Shown here in pieces: positions 16,297 to 23,647 of a stretch of DNA of 54,673 nt. The number at the start of each line of letters is the position of its first letter. Position 1 is the stretch's first letter. Made by a program: the position numbers and the translations under genes. The notes under the pieces are model-generated. The model was not told the origin of the DNA. It did not search any database and saw only the letters and a list, made by a program, of their open reading frames with translations. This DNA is from a virus (taxonomy: Duplodnaviria; Caudoviricetes): IMG/VR virus record IMGVR_UViG_3300009026_000012, positions 1-54,673 of that record. One strand, written 5' to 3'.

Positions 16297-16772
16297 GTTA
16301 CTTTTTCCCCTGTTGAGAATCTCGCGAGGCCCCCATGGGCCTGCGTTATTTCTAAAAATTTCTTTTGTGCCTTTTCCCGGGGGGTTCCCGTATAGACCCA
16401 CCCTTCCGGCTTAGTTTCCACCGCAGTGAATTGCCCGAAGAGCGCGCCCACCATGCCCGGCGTTACTACTATGGGGGTGATCCCTACTAAGTCGCTAGAC
16501 TTAACCACCGCGTTGACCTCTTTCGAGTCATTCGCGAGACCGTAGCGGATAAAATTGCCCCGGTTATCAGTACAGGCCCCCACATTGTTGCGCCATAATA
16601 CCCCACCATTGGCGGCGGCGTCAAGACGTACCCGCGCCGAGACGGCGGCCTCGCTTTTCCCCCGCGTATCGTGAGGCAGAGGGGGGCGATACCCGGCGCC
16701 GAGAATGTCGCGCAGAGCGTGAAGTGCTACGGGCGCCACGCCATACGCGGCGGCCCAATCCTCAAGAGACAT
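16293..16772 (-). CDS. VRR-NUC domain nuclease
   Basis: LWRNNVG...RYGL...SSDLVG...AVETK...QKKFL (PD-(D/E)xK); start moved to MSLEDW. Confidence 0.8.
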   Translation of the reverse strand: MSLEDWAAAYGVAPVALHALRDILGAGYRPPLPHDTRGKSEAAVSARVRLDAAANGGVLWRNNVGACTDNRGNFIRYGLANDSKEVNAVVKSSDLVGITPIVVTPGMVGALFGQFTAVETKPEGWVYTGTPREKAQKKFLEITQAHGGLARFSTGEKVT

Positions 16773-17325
16773 AAGGCTCCCTTCCCGCCTGCGCGCCAAA
16801 AACACAAGAGCGCTCCCAGTGAGGGTCCCCGGGTTTTTGAGCCCGATAGTACACCCGCTCCGCGTTCCACCCCTCACCCTCGGAACTTGACTCTAGCCAC
16901 GGAAAGCCTGTGCGTTCTGTTTTTAGCCACCCCCAGCCCTTCTCCACGCCGTCAACCGTAACCCGTGGCCGGTGTATGAATAAGGTCCAAGTCTCGGGCA
17001 CGGTTTTCACTATGCGGTGGAAAAGGTTGCTAGGTATCCGGCTAAACCACCGCACTGTCTGCCTCTCGTTAACCACCCCCAGCGCTCCAGAGAGCCCGGT
17101 AGTGACGTCCTGCTCATACTGCCCGGCGAGAACAAAGGAGCACGCGTTCCATGGGTGGTCGTGGGTCTCTTCGTCCCCGTCACACCCTACGAAGCGGTGG
17201 AGGTATACGCGAAACCCGAAGAGCTCGGCCACGAAGTAGCGCTCTAGGTACGGCTCCCCGGGGGAGCGTTGTATCAATCGGCACGGCATCCGGGCGGATA
17301 TTTTAAAAAGTATTTTTCTTAACAT
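16762..17325 (-). CDS. Cupin-like hypothetical protein
   Basis: YLHRF...D....HDHPW...S..L.G.Y...FHRI...WTLF. Confidence 0.6.
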   Translation of the reverse strand: MLRKILFKISARMPCRLIQRSPGEPYLERYFVAELFGFRVYLHRFVGCDGDEETHDHPWNACSFVLAGQYEQDVTTGLSGALGVVNERQTVRWFSRIPSNLFHRIVKTVPETWTLFIHRPRVTVDGVEKGWGWLKTERTGFPWLESSSEGEGWNAERVYYRAQKPGDPHWERSCVFGAQAGREPYVS

Positions 17326-17630
17326 TTTTCTATCTCCTTCAATAGTCGGCGCTCTTCGCGCCGTAGCTCTTTTGAGGCTATAACGGCCTGTTTGGCGTCA
17401 AACCTTACACGGTACAGTAGGCTCTCCAACCGTTGCCGGGTCTCTTCTGGCTCTTCTGGGACCACGGCGTAGAACTCCGCCTCCACGTCGCCGTGGCGCT
17501 CCCAAAGGCGTATCTTTGCGGACGGGTACTTCTCTAGCACTTTCGCTATCACCTCCGCCACATCGGCAAGGGCCGCCCCGTCGTCGAAAACTTCCCCGCC
17601 GGGTATCTCTAATATCTTATTCTGTCTCAT
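17319..17630 (-). CDS. Hypothetical protein
   Basis: 103-aa ORF overlapping neighbours. Confidence 0.6.
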   Translation of the reverse strand: MRQNKILEIPGGEVFDDGAALADVAEVIAKVLEKYPSAKIRLWERHGDVEAEFYAVVPEEPEETRQRLESLLYRVRFDAKQAVIASKELRREERRLLKEIEKC

Positions 17631-17850
17631 CTAGGGACTCCATCAATACGCGCAAATTCTCTGCGAGGAGCTCGGATTCGGTTCGGCACACCGGGTCGAA
17701 CTTCTCGTCCGCATCCCAATAGAACCCACACCGAGGGCACTCGCCCCCGCCTTGCGGCGTTGTTGTTTTTTGGCAAATTGGAGCGCTCGGCTTTCTCTGC
17801 GCCCTGCCTACACCTTGTACGTATACTTGCCCTTCGGTTGCTTTTATCAT
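17617..17850 (-). CDS. Small Cys-containing hypothetical protein
   Basis: C...ECPRCG..WD...C; GAGAGG RBS. Confidence 0.55.
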   Translation of the reverse strand: MIKATEGQVYVQGVGRAQRKPSAPICQKTTTPQGGGECPRCGFYWDADEKFDPVCRTESELLAENLRVLMESLDETE

Positions 17851-17853
17851 GTT

Positions 17854-18264
17854 CTAAAACCTCTCTTGGTTGGCGTAGCTTTCTAGGTTCCATACACTTG
17901 GGGGTGCGCCGTTCTCTAGCATGTAGAAGATACGCTTAGCGGCGCCCCTTGGGGTGTTGTCTTTCCGGCTCCATCGCGCGTCAAAACACCACTCCCACAC
18001 GGGATCGAGCACCCTAGCTCCGAAAGCCTCGGAGGTGTAGTGGCGCCACCCGACGTAGTCGGAGGGCTTAATCCCCGCCGCAGGCCCGTGCCCGACGGCA
18101 CACGCCACCGTGCCGCACCCCGTGGGCAGCTCTCCGCTCCTCGGGGGCCGGAGAGCCCCGGCCACGTTGAAATAGTATTCCATATCAAAATGGGCGTAGT
18201 TCTCTGGCAAGTCCCACAAATAGCGGGCTAGCTTTAAAAGGTTCTCTTTGTGTTTTGCTTCCAT
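17854..18264 (-). CDS. CGTVAC-motif protein, paralog 3
   Basis: Same conserved blocks; RBS GGGAGCACGACAATG identical to the repeat leaders. Confidence 0.85.
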   Translation of the reverse strand: MEAKHKENLLKLARYLWDLPENYAHFDMEYYFNVAGALRPPRSGELPTGCGTVACAVGHGPAAGIKPSDYVGWRHYTSEAFGARVLDPVWEWCFDARWSRKDNTPRGAAKRIFYMLENGAPPSVWNLESYANQERF

Positions 18265-18276
18265 TGTCGTGCTCCC

Positions 18277-18450
18277 CTAGTTAGAAATTTTTGCGATGTA
18301 CGCGGCGGTGGACTTCTCTGCAGCCTTACGGCTCGCAAAATGGCGGCCTTTGTAGCCGTGGGTTACGTTTTCTTCTCCGTCCCGGTCTACACGAACCACT
18401 AGGGCGTAGAAAGTGCCGTCTCTGTTTTCGCTTATTCGTGCTTCGTACAT
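18277..18450 (-). CDS. Small protein (57 aa; first gene after module 7)
   Basis: Hand translation MYEARISENRDGTFYALVVRVDRDGEENVTHGYKGRHFASRKAAEKSTAAYIAKISN. Confidence 0.7.
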   Translation of the reverse strand: MYEARISENRDGTFYALVVRVDRDGEENVTHGYKGRHFASRKAAEKSTAAYIAKISN

Positions 18451-18516
18451 TGTCGTGCTCCCGTTTCGTTGTTGTTGGAGCTATTGTATCATTGTTGGCG
18501 GAGGTGTCAACAACTA
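18451..18516 (-). promoter_or_regulatory. Repeated promoter/leader/RBS module, copy 7
   Basis: TTGACA (18510-18505), 16 bp, TACAAT (18488-18483); -35 contains the helicase stop. Confidence 0.85.
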
Positions 18517-20141
18517 TCCGCCCACCATTCGCCGATATATCTATTTATTTTTGTAGCCAGTTCGTTGGCCTCTTTCCGGGGTAGCGCCTGCGCACCCAGC
18601 ACATCAACGCCGAACCGAAGAAAAAATAGTTTCTGGGTCTCTCTAACAGATAGCCCCTCGCGGCTCTGCAGATACCCGGCCCACCACTTCATGGACTCGC
18701 GTAGAGACACTTGCGTGCTCATCTTGTCAGCGTGCCTGTTGAGGTTTGCGGCGTGTATGACGCGGTTCCCGTTGGGGCGGGGGAGCGCCTCGTTATCGGC
18801 CACAGCTGCCCGCATGATTGCGAGCTCTTCGGGGGTCAATTGCACGAGGTCGCCGTCTATCTGCTCTAGCAAGGCGGAGCCGCCAACCCCGGGCGGGCGT
18901 GTAGGCTCTGCGCCACAGTAAGGGCACTCTGTTCTAAAACGCTCATACGGCTTTGTGCACTCCGTACAATTGCGCAGGGGTATGGCGTCGCTGTTCGCAT
19001 TCGATCCGCGCCCGGAGAGGCTCCACTCGTGGGGGGCGTCGGGGAGTTGGTGCTTGGCTATGTTCCCCACGTGGTCGATAACTATCGCTAGCGCGCCGTT
19101 TTCTTTGGGCCTCAACACTCGCCCGAATTGCTGGCAATACAGGCTATAGGACTCCGTGGGGCGGCAAAAACTAACCACCTCCACGGCCGGTACGTCGTAC
19201 CCTTCCCCGAACAAATCCACGTTAACTAGCTGGAGTAGCTTGCCGCTTACTAAGTCGCGGGTCGCTTGCTCCCGCTCGTCGTCCGGCGTGTCCGCGTCGA
19301 CCGCTAAGGCCGGGACGCCCGCCGCTCTAAAATTTTCGGCTATTCTCTCGGCGGAGACCACACAATCCGCGAAGGTTATGCCGCGCTTCCCTTTTGCAAA
19401 GCGTAGGTAGGACTGCACCACGTCGCCCGTAATAGTGGATTTTTCCAGCGCTGTCTGTAGCTGCTTCCGGTTCCAATCCCCCGTACCACTGTCTTTTTTG
19501 ACTTTGGACAGGTCAAACGTGCTAACCGGGCAAAAAACCGTGTACTCTGCCAAGTGCCCGAGGTCTATCAGCTCGCGCATTGATGGCCCTAAGACCAATA
19601 CGTCGACTATCCCGTCATACGCACGCCCCAACCCTTTGCCGTCTCCCCTCTCCGGCGTGGCGGTTACGAGGAGACCGCGCGCATTGCTAAAGAAGTTAAA
19701 CGCCCTCCCCCATTTATTCTCTCGTAGAACGTGGTGCCCTTCGTCGATAACTACGAGCGATACTTGCGAAATCCATTCCCGGTAACGCTCCCGACGGTTT
19801 AAAAGGGTATCCACACCGGCCACGCCTATGGGGCTAGAGGCTCGATAGAAGCTCTCCCCAAGCTCCGCTATGTGCGCCCTTACGATCCTTTTTACGGTGT
19901 CCTTGGGGGCCACTATGCGATGGTGCACCCCCCAGCGGGCGAGGGTTAGGGATATCTGCCAGACGAGCTCCTTACGGTGGGCTATCGCTGCAGCTGCCCC
20001 CTTGTGGTCCCGTAGCATTTTAGAAAATAGCTGAGTCTTTCCCGAGCCCGTTGGCATTACCGGCATGACGTTGCGCGCTCCGGCGGCCCACGCGGCATGA
20101 ATGTCCGCCTCGGCGCGGGTCTGGTAGTTCCTTAATTGCAT
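18507..20141 (-). CDS. SF2 DEAD/DEAH-type DNA helicase with Zn finger
   Basis: LRNYQ, PTGSGKT, IDEGHH, TATPER, GEGYDVP, QQFGRVLR, CTEC...CPYCG. Confidence 0.92.
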   Translation of the reverse strand: MQLRNYQTRAEADIHAAWAAGARNVMPVMPTGSGKTQLFSKMLRDHKGAAAAIAHRKELVWQISLTLARWGVHHRIVAPKDTVKRIVRAHIAELGESFYRASSPIGVAGVDTLLNRRERYREWISQVSLVVIDEGHHVLRENKWGRAFNFFSNARGLLVTATPERGDGKGLGRAYDGIVDVLVLGPSMRELIDLGHLAEYTVFCPVSTFDLSKVKKDSGTGDWNRKQLQTALEKSTITGDVVQSYLRFAKGKRGITFADCVVSAERIAENFRAAGVPALAVDADTPDDEREQATRDLVSGKLLQLVNVDLFGEGYDVPAVEVVSFCRPTESYSLYCQQFGRVLRPKENGALAIVIDHVGNIAKHQLPDAPHEWSLSGRGSNANSDAIPLRNCTECTKPYERFRTECPYCGAEPTRPPGVGGSALLEQIDGDLVQLTPEELAIMRAAVADNEALPRPNGNRVIHAANLNRHADKMSTQVSLRESMKWWAGYLQSREGLSVRETQKLFFLRFGVDVLGAQALPRKEANELATKINRYIGEWWADSC

Positions 20142-20159
20142 TTTATTTTTTTAGCCTTG

Positions 20160-20202
20160 TTGACAGTCCCGCCATAGTAGGGTTTAATGGCCGCCACGTC
20201 AA
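20160..20202. promoter_or_regulatory. Overlapping oppositely oriented sigma70 promoters
   Basis: Plus: TTGACA 20160-20165, 17 bp, TTTAAT 20183-20188. Minus: TTGACG 20202-20197, 17 bp, TACTAT 20179-20174. Confidence 0.7.
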
Positions 20203-20224
20203 CCAAACTAAGGAAAAAATAGCC

Positions 20225-21040
20225 ATGTTTAGATTAGAGATCGAATACGCCGACGCTGAAGAGCTCCGCGCTTTTGCTACCGCCCTGAATACCATCGCGG
20301 CCGGCATAGAAGCGCCCGGGGCTGAGACCCCATTCTCCAGCTCTAAGGAAAGCGCGGGGGATTATGAATGCGCCCACCAATTTAAGGCCGTAGAGGAGCG
20401 GTCCGAGGACCGTATATCCGGAGGCACCACTGTAGGGCCCTTCTCGACGTCACTTTTTAACGGCGACGACGATAGCAGCGACGACGATAAGGTCGGGGCC
20501 GATGTTACCGGAATTCTAGCCAACGGCCTACCGTGGGACGCGCGTATCCACAGCGAGGGCCGAAAAACTCTCGCCAAAGCGCCGCACGGGTGGAAGTATC
20601 GCCGGTGCCCTAAAGAACACACCCCAGAGTCTTGGCAGGAGTACATTAATACGGTGGAAGCGGAGCTCACTAAAAGCGTAGCCGCCAACCCCCCGGCCGC
20701 TACTCTCGCGCCCACCGATGTGGTCGTCCAGACACCCGTAGAAACAGTATCGCCACCCGCCCAGCAGCAAGCCTACGTTTTGCCGGGCTCCGCTGGCACG
20801 CCATTGCCTACCGTGGAGAACTTAACCGCACAAGCGCAAAGTAACTACCCATACCCTGCGGACTTCGGGCAGTTTATGGGGGCCATGACTAACGCACTAA
20901 CCTCCGGCGGGGCGTCTTTCGAGAGCATTACGGCGGCCGCAGTACAGGCGGGCCTTACGGATGTTAACGGGCTGAGCGGGAGACCGGACTTAATACCGCA
21001 AGTCTGTGACATCCTGCGGGGTCAAGGCGTCCGAATATGA
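20225..21040 (+). CDS. Hypothetical replication-region protein
   Basis: 271 aa, AAGGA RBS, GLPWDARIHS motif, first gene of the plus-strand operon. Confidence 0.75.
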   Translation: MFRLEIEYADAEELRAFATALNTIAAGIEAPGAETPFSSSKESAGDYECAHQFKAVEERSEDRISGGTTVGPFSTSLFNGDDDSSDDDKVGADVTGILANGLPWDARIHSEGRKTLAKAPHGWKYRRCPKEHTPESWQEYINTVEAELTKSVAANPPAATLAPTDVVVQTPVETVSPPAQQQAYVLPGSAGTPLPTVENLTAQAQSNYPYPADFGQFMGAMTNALTSGGASFESITAAAVQAGLTDVNGLSGRPDLIPQVCDILRGQGVRI

Positions 21041-22206
21041 GCGAACACTCTATCCTCCCTCCCTCCGGGGCGGGGGACATTGTACGGTGCACCGGCGTGG
21101 TAAAAATGCGGCAAATGTTTCCTCCGTTAGAGGAGGAGACGGTAGAGTCTCGCGAGGGCGAGGCGTCGCATTGGGTCGCGGCCACGGAGTTGAACAGCTA
21201 CCGGAACCCGGACGCCGAGGTCCTAACCTGCGAGTCCCTTATAGGGGAGACCGCCCCCAATGGCGTGGTAATAACCGCAGAAATGGCCGAGGCGGCGCAC
21301 GAGTACACGATGGACGTGCACAAGGTCTCTAATACTATCGGCGGCCTTCGCAAAATGTTCGTAGAGCACAAGCTATACGCCCCACAAATCCACCCGCTAA
21401 ACTTCGGCACGTGCGATTGCTTCATCTTTGACCAAGAGCGCGGCGAGCTGTGGGTGTGGGACTATAAGTACGGCCACGATTATGTGAGCGAGTTCGATAA
21501 TTGGCAGCTAACAAACTACATCGCTGGCATCGTGCACCTATTCAAGATAGACGGCATCGCGGACCAACACATTCGGGTACACGTTAGGATCGCGCAGCCC
21601 CGCTGCTATTCTGCGGGGGGCATTATCCGCGAGGCTAACTTCTTACTCTCTGACTTTAGGGGGGATTTTAACTACCTTTCCGCCAAGTTCCACGAAGCGC
21701 TAAGCCCCGAGGCTAAAACAACAAGCGGCCCGCAGTGCCGCCACTGTTCGGCTAGGCACTCGTGTGGCACCGCTCGCAAGGCGGCAAGCGCTGCGATAGA
21801 CTACTCGGAGCACCCCGAGCCTCAAGCATTGGACGACGAAGCTATCGGCATAGAGCTGGCTTTTCTTCGTCGAGCGGCGGACGCTATTAAGTACCGGCTG
21901 GAGGGCTTAGAGGAGTTGGCGGATGTTCGCTCCCGTGCGGGCCACAGCATATACGGACACATGCGGGAGGCTAACAAGGGCCGCACCCACTGGAGCCGGC
22001 CTGCGCCGGAAGTCATTCTTTTGGGCAAGCTCATGGAGGTGGACCTAGCAAAACCTCCGGAGGCAATAACGCCCACACAAGCAACGAAAAAATTGTCTAA
22101 GGCGGGGAAAGATCCCTCCGTCATTAAGGCTTTTTCAACCTACGACACCGGCTCCAAGTTGGTGGCAATTAACAGCGATAAACTAAAGCGGAGATTTAAA
22201 ACATGA
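21037..22206 (+). CDS. Cas4-like/DUF2800 exonuclease
   Basis: HS.L.PS......C, FGTCD, WDYKYG, QL..Y, CRHC.....C. Confidence 0.85.
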   Translation: MSEHSILPPSGAGDIVRCTGVVKMRQMFPPLEEETVESREGEASHWVAATELNSYRNPDAEVLTCESLIGETAPNGVVITAEMAEAAHEYTMDVHKVSNTIGGLRKMFVEHKLYAPQIHPLNFGTCDCFIFDQERGELWVWDYKYGHDYVSEFDNWQLTNYIAGIVHLFKIDGIADQHIRVHVRIAQPRCYSAGGIIREANFLLSDFRGDFNYLSAKFHEALSPEAKTTSGPQCRHCSARHSCGTARKAASAAIDYSEHPEPQALDDEAIGIELAFLRRAADAIKYRLEGLEELADVRSRAGHSIYGHMREANKGRTHWSRPAPEVILLGKLMEVDLAKPPEAITPTQATKKLSKAGKDPSVIKAFSTYDTGSKLVAINSDKLKRRFKT

Positions 22207-22694
22207 ACCATAACCAAAGCTTAGAGCTAGAACTCCAAGAGGTCGCACGTAAGCACCTACCCGCCGCAATGGGGGCAGAGCTCGGCGAGTTCGTTAAGCG
22301 CGCCCGGAGCGACGCCGAAGAGGTCGAGGACCTAAAGACAGCAAACCGCGAGCTACACGGTACGCTCGACAAGACCAAGGAGGAGTTGGCGGCTTTAAAG
22401 GAGCAACTCCGGGCCTATAAGGACCTAGAGATACGGGAGGCCCAAGCGGAGGAAGCGCACAAGACCCTAGCATACGAGAAGCAAATTCTCGAACTCCGGG
22501 AAACCCATGCCCGCGAACGTGTCGAGGATCATAAGAACATGTTCGATAAGGTTTTTAAAAACGTGGCCGTTAAGCGCAATATCTTTGACCGTGGAAACAC
22601 TCCTATAGCCGTCCCCGGCGGACACGGGGGGGTGGGGCACGTACAGGAACACCCGTACAGTAAAAGCTACACCGAAGAAACAACCGAAGAGTAA
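22203..22694 (+). CDS. Coiled-coil hypothetical protein
   Basis: E/K/L heptad-rich 163-aa ORF. Confidence 0.7.
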   Translation: MNHNQSLELELQEVARKHLPAAMGAELGEFVKRARSDAEEVEDLKTANRELHGTLDKTKEELAALKEQLRAYKDLEIREAQAEEAHKTLAYEKQILELRETHARERVEDHKNMFDKVFKNVAVKRNIFDRGNTPIAVPGGHGGVGHVQEHPYSKSYTEETTEE

Positions 22695-22723
22695 AAAACA
22701 ACCCACTTACAGGACAAAACACT

Positions 22724-23584
22724 ATGACCGATATACTACTTCCACCGGGGCGCCTAGTAGGCGGCTCACTTTATAAGCCGAATACAACCAACTACGAAGG
22801 CGGCCCGCTTACCGATAAACACGGAAACCCGCGCTCTAGCTTTGACTTTTCCGTCGCTATCCCTAAAAACGGAGAGCGCCACTGGGCGGAGACACCGTGG
22901 GGCGCTCCTATCTGGGCCGAGGGAAACCAAGCTTTCCCGGGCGTAGCTAATCAAATGCCCGCTTTTAGCTGGAAAATTTCGGACGGCGATAGCACCATCC
23001 CCAACAAAAAGAACAATAAGCCATGCGACCGTGAAGGGTGGCCCGGCCATTGGGTTGTACATTTTTCTAGCTCTTTTAATCCTCTTATCGTGGACGATAA
23101 AAAGCAAGTTATTGCACAAGAGGACGCCGTTAAGCCCGGCTACTTCGTAGAAGTTGCTGGCTCTGTAACGAGCAATAAGAACCACCAAAACCCCGGCGTA
23201 TACATCAACCACGATGTTGTGTGCTTCCGTGCCTACGGCGAGGTTATCCAGTTGGGGGGCAGACAAGACGCGAGCGCGATAGCATTCGGGCAAGCGGCTC
23301 TACCTCCGGGCGCTCAAAGCACCCCCACGGCGAGCTCTACCCCTATCGGCGGGCACATGCCCCCGCCGGCTCAAGGGCAACCGCCTGCACAGCAGCAGTA
23401 CCAGCCGCCTGCACAGCAGCAGTACCAGCCGCCTGCACAGCAGCAGTACCAGCCGCCTGCACAGCACCAGTACCAGCCGCCTGCACAGCACCAGTACCAG
23501 CCGCCTGCACAGCAGCAGTACCAGCCGCCGGCTCAAGGGCAAACGCCTGCGCAAGGCGGCCCAGAGTTTCTCCACCAATCGTAA
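22724..23584 (+). CDS. Single-stranded DNA-binding protein (DUF2815-like) with Gln/Pro-rich tail
   Basis: WKI.DGD...G.PG.W...PG.FV...GVYIN; position between exonuclease and polymerase. Confidence 0.8.
   Translation: MTDILLPPGRLVGGSLYKPNTTNYEGGPLTDKHGNPRSSFDFSVAIPKNGERHWAETPWGAPIWAEGNQAFPGVANQMPAFSWKISDGDSTIPNKKNNKPCDREGWPGHWVVHFSSSFNPLIVDDKKQVIAQEDAVKPGYFVEVAGSVTSNKNHQNPGVYINHDVVCFRAYGEVIQLGGRQDASAIAFGQAALPPGAQSTPTASSTPIGGHMPPPAQGQPPAQQQYQPPAQQQYQPPAQQQYQPPAQHQYQPPAQHQYQPPAQQQYQPPAQGQTPAQGGPEFLHQS
23381..23524 (+). repeat. Six tandem 24-bp repeats (PPAQ[QH]QYQ)
   Basis: ccgcctgcacagca(g/c)cagtaccag x6, flanked by ccgccggctcaagggcaa on both sides. Confidence 0.95.
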
Positions 23585-23598
23585 CCCGTAGTACTTTC

Positions 23599-23626
23599 GG
23601 GGGTGCTATATGCGCCCCCTTTTTTT
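23599..23626 (+). terminator. Intrinsic terminator between SSB and polymerase
   Basis: GGGGGTGC-TATAT-GCGCCCCC followed by T7. Confidence 0.75.
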
Positions 23627-23647
23627 GTCTGTAGGAAAGAGGTGCAC

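Noticed and set aside
6722-18264. Paralogs as a diversity-generating retroelement (TR/VR)
   Set aside because: No reverse transcriptase ORF; differences include indels and are not adenine-specific
6651-18516. True integron with attC sites
   Set aside because: No tyrosine recombinase recognised; repeats lack the attC RYYYAAC...GTTRRRY architecture
21037-22206. Cas4-like gene as evidence of a CRISPR system
   Set aside because: Solo Cas4-like/DUF2800 exonucleases are routine next to SSB and PolA in phages
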